A stretch of DNA of 32,000 bases from Verrucomicrobia bacterium UBA3869. Lineage in GTDB: Bacteria > Verrucomicrobiota > Verrucomicrobiia > Opitutales > UBA9783. The position numbers were made by a program, and so were the translations under genes. Shown piece after piece: positions 25,540 through 32,000 of the stretch. Under the pieces are notes generated by a model. It had not been told where the DNA came from. It did no database searches and worked only from the letters and a program-made list of their open reading frames with translations. Location of the stretch: contig DGGR01000041.1 in the NCBI GenBank assembly GCA_002392285.1, positions 1 through 32,000 on the forward strand. Reading direction: 5' to 3'. Every line of letters starts with the position of its first letter. Position 1 is the stretch's first letter.

Positions 25540-27396
25540 TCACGCTTTCTTTCCCTTAAACGCTTCTGGTAATAAGCGTTGATCGATTTCATTGCGTAAC
25601 AAGGTAATCAATTGCTCAATTGGATAAGTTCCATTGCTATGCGGCTGACAACGCGAACGGATAGAAACCGAATGTGCTGATTGCTCTTTCTCCCCTACAA
25701 TACAAACATAGGGGATTTTGTCGCTTTCGGCACTGCGAATCTTTGAATTTAACGTTTCCGCACGGTCGTCTACCGAACAACGGATCTTCGCTTGCTTTAA
25801 CAAGGCATACACTTCGTCCGCATAAGCAATGCAGGTATCCTTAATCGGCAATAAACGCACTTGTTCCGGCGCTAACCACAAGGGGAAATCACCGCCAAAG
25901 TGCTCGATTAATAAGCCACAGAATCGCTCCATGGAACCAAAGGGCGCGCGATGAATCATGATCGGTACATGTGGCTGGTTATCTGAACCTACATAGTTAA
26001 TCTTAAACCGATACGGAAGGTTATAATCGATTTGAATGGTTCCTAATTGCCACTCACGCCCCAATACGTCCCGCACGATAAAATCCAATTTCGGGCCATA
26101 AAACGCTGCTTCTCCGATGGCTTCAGTCGACGGCTTGTCCAGCTGTTTTGCCGCATCTCGCAAGGCTTGCTCCGATTTTTCCCATAAAGCACTATCGCCA
26201 ATATATTTATCAGATGCAGGATCCCGTAAGGAAATACGCACACGATAATCACTCATGCCCAAGGTCGTGAAAATAATATTAATTAACTTCAGGCATCCCT
26301 TCAGTTCACCCGCAACTTGGTCTTCGCGACAAAAGATATGAGCATCGTCCTGGGTAAAGCCTCGAACACGCGTTAACCCTCCAAGTTCTCCCGATTGTTC
26401 CCAACGATAAACCGTACCAAATTCTGCTAAACGCAACGGCAATTCACGGTAAGAACGCTTCTGAGAGGCATACAAACGGACATGCATGGGACAATTCATG
26501 GGCTTTAACAAAAAACCATCAATATCCATTTTGTCTCTTACGCGTTCTTTTATTTCATCTAAACTCTGCGCTTGATCGACAGCCCGCTCTATGCATTCTC
26601 GATCCCAAATAGGGTGAAATTGCGAATCTTTATAGTACGGATAATGTCCGGAGACCTTAAAGAGGTCTAATTTCCCAATATGAGGGGTAATCACCTGGTC
26701 ATAGCCTTGTTTATCCAATTCCTCCTCTAGAAACGACTGCAATTGTTTTCGCAAAATAGTACCCTTCGGCGTCCACAAAATCAAACCTTGACCAACCAAG
26801 CTGTCGATTAGAAACAGATTTAACTTAACCCCCAATTTACGATGATCCCGTTCTTTTGCCTGCTCCATACGTTGCAGGTACTGATCCAAATCTTGTTGGG
26901 AAGCAAAGGCGGTTCCATAAATCCGTTGCAACTGCTGACGAGTCTCATCGCCCCGATAATAACACCCAGCAATGGATAATAATTTAAAGGCCTTAATACA
27001 CCCGGTGCTTTTTACATGAGGACCGTGGCACAAATCTAAAAAATCACCGGTTTTATACAACGAAATAACCTCTCCCTCCGGAATAGCGTCCAAACGTTCG
27101 CATTTGTACGACTGATGAAGGGCTTGCATCTTCTGACGAGCTGTTGCGCGCGATACCTCCATACGCTCAAATGGCTCATTGGCCGCTATAATCGACTGCA
27201 TTTCAGCTTCAATAGCAGTTAGATCCTTTTCGGTTAACGACCGTGGTAGGTCGAAATCGTAAAAAAAGCCATTTTCGGTGGCCGGACCTATATCATACTT
27301 TGCATCCGGGAACAAACGTAATACTGCTGCTGCTAACACGTGAGCTGCCGAATGACGCAAGATCTGCAATTGATTCTGTTCGTCGTTAGAAGCCAT
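25540..27396 (-). CDS. thrS: Threonyl-tRNA synthetase lacking the N-terminal TGS domain
   Basis: Carries editing-domain RHSAAHVLA and CHGPH, catalytic KPMNCPMH and RVRGFTQDDAHIF, and an anticodon-binding C-terminus. The ATG at 27396 (MASNDEQ) is preferred over the upstream TTG/ATG extension. Confidence 0.93.
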   Translation of the reverse strand: MASNDEQNQLQILRHSAAHVLAAAVLRLFPDAKYDIGPATENGFFYDFDLPRSLTEKDLTAIEAEMQSIIAANEPFERMEVSRATARQKMQALHQSYKCERLDAIPEGEVISLYKTGDFLDLCHGPHVKSTGCIKAFKLLSIAGCYYRGDETRQQLQRIYGTAFASQQDLDQYLQRMEQAKERDHRKLGVKLNLFLIDSLVGQGLILWTPKGTILRKQLQSFLEEELDKQGYDQVITPHIGKLDLFKVSGHYPYYKDSQFHPIWDRECIERAVDQAQSLDEIKERVRDKMDIDGFLLKPMNCPMHVRLYASQKRSYRELPLRLAEFGTVYRWEQSGELGGLTRVRGFTQDDAHIFCREDQVAGELKGCLKLINIIFTTLGMSDYRVRISLRDPASDKYIGDSALWEKSEQALRDAAKQLDKPSTEAIGEAAFYGPKLDFIVRDVLGREWQLGTIQIDYNLPYRFKINYVGSDNQPHVPIMIHRAPFGSMERFCGLLIEHFGGDFPLWLAPEQVRLLPIKDTCIAYADEVYALLKQAKIRCSVDDRAETLNSKIRSAESDKIPYVCIVGEKEQSAHSVSIRSRCQPHSNGTYPIEQLITLLRNEIDQRLLPEAFKGKKA

Positions 27397-27409
27397 AATT
27401 TTATTTTTC

Positions 27410-27438
27410 AGTATAGCCCTTTGATAAAACCCGCGCAA
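27410..27438 (-). promoter_or_regulatory. Candidate thrS promoter
   Basis: On the minus strand: TTGCGC-N17-TATACT, 13 nt upstream of the ATG at 27396. Confidence 0.35.
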
Positions 27439-27502
27439 CAACTTATCTTAAAAATAAATTGCGCTTGCAGATTCGCTACAGATAGCTTAGCGTTAAAATG
27501 TT

Positions 27503-27588
27503 GCCGGAGTGGCGGAATGGTAGACGCTGAGGACTTAAAATCCTTTGATCGTAAGGTCGTGCGGGTTCAAGTCCCGCCTTCGGCACCA
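27503..27588 (+). tRNA. tRNA-Leu, anticodon UAA, CCA encoded
   Basis: Acceptor GCCGGAG...CTTCGGC-A-CCA, anticodon stem GAGGA/TCCTT with loop CTTAAAA, a long variable arm and T arm GCGGG-TTCAAGT-CCCGC. Confidence 0.93.
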
Positions 27589-27605
27589 ATCCCAACGTTA
27601 GCTAT

Positions 27606-30600
27606 TTAAGGAGTAAATGTCCTACGACCTGTGTTTTTTATAGGAAAGGGCGCTATTTCGCGAACCCCTACCTCTAACGCATAAAACGCCGGATGCGCGC
27701 GCAATTCCCGAAGGTCATTTAAGGACATAAAGCACTTAGCTCCATACGGCAAAGAACCTTCTAACGCAAACTGGTCATTGACCTTAAAGCTTACCTTTTG
27801 CTCCACCGACCCATCATTTCGTTCAATTTTTTCCCGTAAACACTTAAAGAAATCAATCGCTACCTCTGTTGGCTTGATAATCCAATGAAGCGATTGGATT
27901 AGGGTATTAAAGCTCGAATGAAAGTCCAATACACGCTGAACGGTTAACGAATACCCTGTATTATTTTTCCGCACGGTCCCTTCAACCACCAACAGCGCTC
28001 CTTCTTGTACCAACGCTCCATAGCGCTCAAAAGCATCCGAAAACAATTGCATTTCGTAACGAAAGGTCTTGGTGGAAAGATTAAAGTTTAACCAAGGGCG
28101 ATTCGTTTTGCGCGAAATTCGTTTGGTAACCTCATCAACAACTCCACAGATACGGAAAGGTTCATTATTGGGAACCAAAGGTAATTCTTCCGGCAAAAAG
28201 GTTTGTAAACGCTCATCCAAGCCTTGCAGCGCATCCAAAGGGTGACCAGACAGATAAAACCCAAGCAGTTCATGTTCATCGCGCAATTGGTCAAAGAATA
28301 GCGTGCTGTTAGGCGTTTGAATCGACTCATCCACGCCTTTCGTGTTGTCCTCATGAACCGCTGAAGAGCCTTCGCTGCTGCCCATCAGGGTCCCCAGATC
28401 AAACAAAGACGCTTGCCCGCGTTGGCGATCGGATTGAACCGATGCAGCCGTTTTCAACAAATCATCCATATGGGTCAGCAAATACTGACGGTTCGCATTC
28501 ATACTATCAAACGCGCCCGTTTTAATCAGATTTTCTACCACGCGCCGATTGGATGCCTTGGAATCCACCCGCTGAATAAAATCGATAAAAGAATGAAACG
28601 GCCCATTGCGTTTTCTCTCTTCCAAAATACTGTTGGCGGCTACATCCCCAACCCCTTTAATGGCAGATAAACCAAAACGAATGTGCTTTTGTCCCTTGCT
28701 GACAATAGGCGTAAAGGTTGCCCCTGATTCATTCACATCAGGCCCTAAAATCGTGATATGCAGCTCAGAGCGTGCGTTTTCAATATAGTAGGACAGACGA
28801 TCGCTATTGCCTAATTCGGACGATAAAACCGCTGCCATAAATTGAACAGGATAATGTGCCCTTAAATAAGCCGTGCGATAGATAATAATCGCATAAGCAT
28901 CCGAATGAGATTTGTTAAACCCGTAACCGGCAAATTTAGCCAAAACATCGAAAATTTCATTCGCTTTACCTTCTGCAATGCCGTTATGCTCCCAAGCGCC
29001 TTTAACAAATACCGCTCGTTGCGCATTCATCACCTCCACCTTCTTTTTCCCCATGGCACGCCGCAAAATATCTGCTTCGCCCAGAGAATAACCGGCGATC
29101 ACACGCGCAGCCTGCATGACCTGTTCTTGGAACACCAAAATTCCATAGGTCTGCTTGCAAACCGGCTCTAACAACGGATGAATGTAATGGATGCTATCCG
29201 GATTCTTTTTCCCATTGATATAGTCCGGTATCCATTCCATCGGCCCCGGACGATTCAACGCACTTAAGGCACTGATTTCATCAATCGAACGAAATTGAAA
29301 CTGGCTGCACAGCTTTTGAATAAACGGAGATTCAAATTGAAATACCCCAACCGTCTCCCCGCGGGTTAACATTTGAAAGGTAGCAGCATCTTCGAACGAA
29401 ATCGTGCGTATATCAAAATCCGGATCGCCCTGTTCATGGACAAAGTTTTCGGTATCTTGAATAATGGTTAAGGTTTTTAACCCTAAAAAATCCATTTTCA
29501 ACAGCCCCAATTCTTCAACGTATTCCTTAGAATATTGCGTCGTTAACTCATCTTCTTGCAGGGTGGTAGGAACAAAATCCGTTAGCGGATGGTCGCTCAC
29601 AATAATACCGCATGCATGGGTACCAGAATTACGCGCAATCCCTTCCAACACCAACCCTTGCTCAATAAGCTTCTGGGCTATCGGATCTGCATCAACTGCC
29701 TCTTTTAGCTCAATGGAGCGTTCTAAGGCATCGCTGAGGGTAATGTGTATGTCATCCGGAATCATTTTTGCTAAACGATCCGCCTGGGCATAGGACATAT
29801 CGTACACCCGCGCTAAATCGCGCACAACCATCTTAGCGCCCAAGGTACCGAAGGTAATAATCTTACCGACGTTCTCATCTCCGTACGTCCGCCGTACATA
29901 CTGAATTACTTCGTCGCGGCGCCGCATGCAAAAATCAATATCGATATCCGGAGGGGATACACGATCGGGATTGAGGAAACGCTCAAACAGCAGATTAAAG
30001 CGAATGGGATCGGTGTCCGTAATGGTTAAAACGTAAGCAACCAATGAACCGGCAACAGAACCTCGTCCAGGGCCCACCGCGATCCCTTGCGTTTTGGCCC
30101 AATGGATAAAATCCCAAACAATCAAAAAATAATCGATAAAGCCTGCTTGCTCAATGATACGCCATTCGTACTTCAGGCGTTCCACCATGTCATGCGCTGA
30201 TAGGCCGAATACATCCGGACCCGTTTCGCTTGCAAAATCAATTCCATAGCGATTCTTGAGCCCCTGAATGCACAAACCCACAAACAGCTCTTTGTTGTTC
30301 TTATACTGCTTTTGGTAGGCTTCTGATAAGTGCGAAGCGGTAAACACCGGATAATGATTTTCGCCAAACGGCAAAGCAGCCGAACACTGGTCCATAACGA
30401 CCAGCGTGTTGGTTAAGACCTCAGGATGGTCTGGAAACGCTAAGGTCATTTCTTCAGCTGATTTTAAATAAAACTGATGAGTTGGCATACGCATACGCTC
30501 TTCATCGCTAACCTTCGTACCGGTTTGAATGCACAACAAAGCGTCCTGCGCTTCCCATTCAACATCACGAATATAATGGACATCGTTGGTTGCGATACAT

Positions 30601-31214
30601 CGTACACCAAGCTCCTTACCAAGCTGAAACAAGGAGGGATTGATCGCATGCTGTTCAGGCATGCCTTGGTTTTGTACTTCGATGAAAAAATGATCTTTGC
30701 CAAAAATATCTAAATAAACCCCAAGCGCGTGCTTGGCTTTTTCATACTCTCCGCGCAACAAAAACTGCGGAATCGCGCCATTGATACAGCCAGACGATAC
30801 GGTCAAGCCCTCGTGATAACGCGCTAACTGTTCTAAGTCGGTTCGGGGTTTATAGTAAAACCCATGCACATGCGCATCCGAAACCAATTGGGTCAAATGC
30901 TTAAGTCCAACTGCATTTTCAGCCCACGCGCACATATGGGCTAGCTTTAATCCCTCAGAACCCTGTTGACGCTGCCGATCCAAACGCGACCCTTCATGCA
31001 ACAGATAGAGTTCGCACCCCAAAATAGGCTTAATACCCGCCGCTTTTGCCGCCTTATAAAATGCAGGTAACCCGAACAAATTCCCATGGTCGGTTAGCGC
31101 AATGGCTGGCATGTTCAATTCAACCGCTCGATTGATCAAACGATTGATCTTACACGCACCATCCAACAAGCTATATTCCGAGTGAACGTGCAAATGGACG
31201 AAGGAATCAGTCAC
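27606..31214 (-). CDS. dnaE: DNA polymerase III alpha subunit
   Basis: 1202 aa with a GTG start. Carries the PHP domain [32 protein letters not shown], and C-terminal HhH and OB regions. Confidence 0.97.
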   Translation of the reverse strand: MTDSFVHLHVHSEYSLLDGACKINRLINRAVELNMPAIALTDHGNLFGLPAFYKAAKAAGIKPILGCELYLLHEGSRLDRQRQQGSEGLKLAHMCAWAENAVGLKHLTQLVSDAHVHGFYYKPRTDLEQLARYHEGLTVSSGCINGAIPQFLLRGEYEKAKHALGVYLDIFGKDHFFIEVQNQGMPEQHAINPSLFQLGKELGVRCIATNDVHYIRDVEWEAQDALLCIQTGTKVSDEERMRMPTHQFYLKSAEEMTLAFPDHPEVLTNTLVVMDQCSAALPFGENHYPVFTASHLSEAYQKQYKNNKELFVGLCIQGLKNRYGIDFASETGPDVFGLSAHDMVERLKYEWRIIEQAGFIDYFLIVWDFIHWAKTQGIAVGPGRGSVAGSLVAYVLTITDTDPIRFNLLFERFLNPDRVSPPDIDIDFCMRRRDEVIQYVRRTYGDENVGKIITFGTLGAKMVVRDLARVYDMSYAQADRLAKMIPDDIHITLSDALERSIELKEAVDADPIAQKLIEQGLVLEGIARNSGTHACGIIVSDHPLTDFVPTTLQEDELTTQYSKEYVEELGLLKMDFLGLKTLTIIQDTENFVHEQGDPDFDIRTISFEDAATFQMLTRGETVGVFQFESPFIQKLCSQFQFRSIDEISALSALNRPGPMEWIPDYINGKKNPDSIHYIHPLLEPVCKQTYGILVFQEQVMQAARVIAGYSLGEADILRRAMGKKKVEVMNAQRAVFVKGAWEHNGIAEGKANEIFDVLAKFAGYGFNKSHSDAYAIIIYRTAYLRAHYPVQFMAAVLSSELGNSDRLSYYIENARSELHITILGPDVNESGATFTPIVSKGQKHIRFGLSAIKGVGDVAANSILEERKRNGPFHSFIDFIQRVDSKASNRRVVENLIKTGAFDSMNANRQYLLTHMDDLLKTAASVQSDRQRGQASLFDLGTLMGSSEGSSAVHEDNTKGVDESIQTPNSTLFFDQLRDEHELLGFYLSGHPLDALQGLDERLQTFLPEELPLVPNNEPFRICGVVDEVTKRISRKTNRPWLNFNLSTKTFRYEMQLFSDAFERYGALVQEGALLVVEGTVRKNNTGYSLTVQRVLDFHSSFNTLIQSLHWIIKPTEVAIDFFKCLREKIERNDGSVEQKVSFKVNDQFALEGSLPYGAKCFMSLNDLRELRAHPAFYALEVGVREIAPFPIKNTGRRTFTP

Positions 31215-31291
31215 AAAAAAAGTGTGTCAAATCTCTATCAATCACTCCAGCTAAAAAACAATTCGGGGTTCCTCAAAAATTCCTTAGGCAA

Positions 31292-31657
31292 TTAGCTGAT
31301 CACCGCCATTGCTAACGCGTATGTTTTGCAATGGGACAAGGAAATATGCACCTGGGTAGCCCCACACCGCTTCAAAAGCGCTTGCCCCCGCTCGTCCAAA
31401 CGTACATAGGGCATTCCATTGGGCTGATGTAACACCTCAATCGATAACCACCCCAGCTGTTGACAAAAACCTGTTGTTAAAGCCTTAGCCACCGCTTCCT
31501 TGGCTGCAAAACAAGCCGCAAATGAAGCACACGTGGGTTTGCCATAACAGTAATTCCATTCGCTTGGCGTAAATATAAAACGGCATAATGATTTATCGTA
31601 CCGCTCCAATAACCGTTGTACGCGGCTAATTTCAACGATATCCGTTCCTATATACAT
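31292..31657 (-). CDS. acpS: Holo-[acyl-carrier-protein] synthase
   Basis: Carries MYIGTDIVEISRV and FAAKEAVAKAL. The ATG at 31657 is preferred. The track start, a TTG at 31666, would overlap the prfB stop. Confidence 0.88.
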   Translation of the reverse strand: MYIGTDIVEISRVQRLLERYDKSLCRFIFTPSEWNYCYGKPTCASFAACFAAKEAVAKALTTGFCQQLGWLSIEVLHQPNGMPYVRLDERGQALLKRCGATQVHISLSHCKTYALAMAVIS

Positions 31658-31662
31658 AGCGT

Positions 31663-32000
31663 TCAATTTTGAATGCGGGTTCTAGGCTTTCCGGCACGCA
31701 ACCAAGCTTCAATAAACCGATCGATATCCCCATCCATCACGGCTTGCACATTACTCGTTTCTACATTGGTACGCAGATCCTTAACCATCTGATACGGCTG
31801 AAATACATAGCTTCGGATTTGATACCCCCAACCAATTTCACCTTTTTCCCCATAAAAACGCTCTAACGATGAACGTTTTTCATCCTGCATCCGTTCATAC
31901 AAACGGGCTTTAAGAACCGCCATCGCTGCTTCACGGTTTTTAATCTGCGAGCGTTCGTTTTGGCAGGTAACCACAATACCGGTTGGGAAATGCGTAATGC
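31663..32000 (-). CDS. prfB: Peptide chain release factor 2, C-terminal part (5' end outside the window)
   Basis: The reading frame stays open to the window edge (...[35 protein letters not shown]...[22 protein letters not shown]). The match is to RF2 rather than RF1. Confidence 0.9.
   Translation of the reverse strand, partial: ITHFPTGIVVTCQNERSQIKNREAAMAVLKARLYERMQDEKRSSLERFYGEKGEIGWGYQIRSYVFQPYQMVKDLRTNVETSNVQAVMDGDIDRFIEAWLRAGKPRTRIQN

Noticed and set aside
27465-27499. A promoter for tRNA-Leu (TTGCAG ... TAAAAT).
   Set aside because: The spacing is 23 nt. The alternative, TTCGCT-N16-TAAAAT, has a poor -35 box. It is too weak to report as a feature.
28088-30713. Multiple 60-109-aa ORFs on both strands within dnaE. 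Similar ORFs occur within pnp, thrS, the M16 genes, topB and the radical-SAM gene.
   Set aside because: They are shadow ORFs nested in well-supported long CDSs. They have no recognisable domains or independent expression signals.
27606-31214. Possible intein or other insertion in dnaE, and the programmed +1 frameshift site of prfB.
   Set aside because: The dnaE length (1202 aa) and its collinear motifs are normal. The prfB frameshift site lies in the 5' region, outside this window, so it cannot be assessed.

Overview
This is a densely coding bacterial chromosomal segment, roughly low-40s % GC by eye, and most of it is housekeeping. In order it carries tRNA-Ser(GGA), a K+-dependent membrane pyrophosphatase (hppA), a type IA topoisomerase III, alanine dehydrogenase, two tandem double-length M16 zinc peptidases, trxA, a gmhA-like SIS isomerase, infA, bioY, a standalone 5'-3' exonuclease, pnp-rpsO, ruvC, thrS, tRNA-Pro(CGG), tRNA-Leu(UAA), dnaE, acpS and the 3' part of prfB, which runs off the window. 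Accessory-looking content is limited. It comprises an orphan radical-SAM enzyme with a partial SPASM/twitch C-terminus, divergent from an IT-superfamily transporter plus an SDR; a Vat-type acetyltransferase; a DUF1284 protein overlapping bioY; a GT-D (DUF1792-like) glycosyltransferase between tRNA-Pro and a decayed tRNA-like remnant; and two predicted lipoproteins. I saw no CRISPR array, transposase, integrase, phage gene or recognisable defence gene, and I could not identify a convincing multi-gene novel system. The radical-SAM/transporter/SDR module is the best protein-level candidate, and only a modest one. The least explained signals are non-coding. The two best sigma70-type promoter matches in the window have no gene behind them and sit in gaps between convergent genes, making them candidate sRNAs at about 8.64-8.82 kb and 20.26-20.41 kb. 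Several genes have a -10 box only 6-13 nt from the start codon, which implies leaderless or near-leaderless mRNAs. IF-1 carries an unusual 37-aa C-terminal tail. The taxon cannot be determined without a search; the gene content is compatible with a PVC-group-like bacterium, but that is a low-confidence guess.
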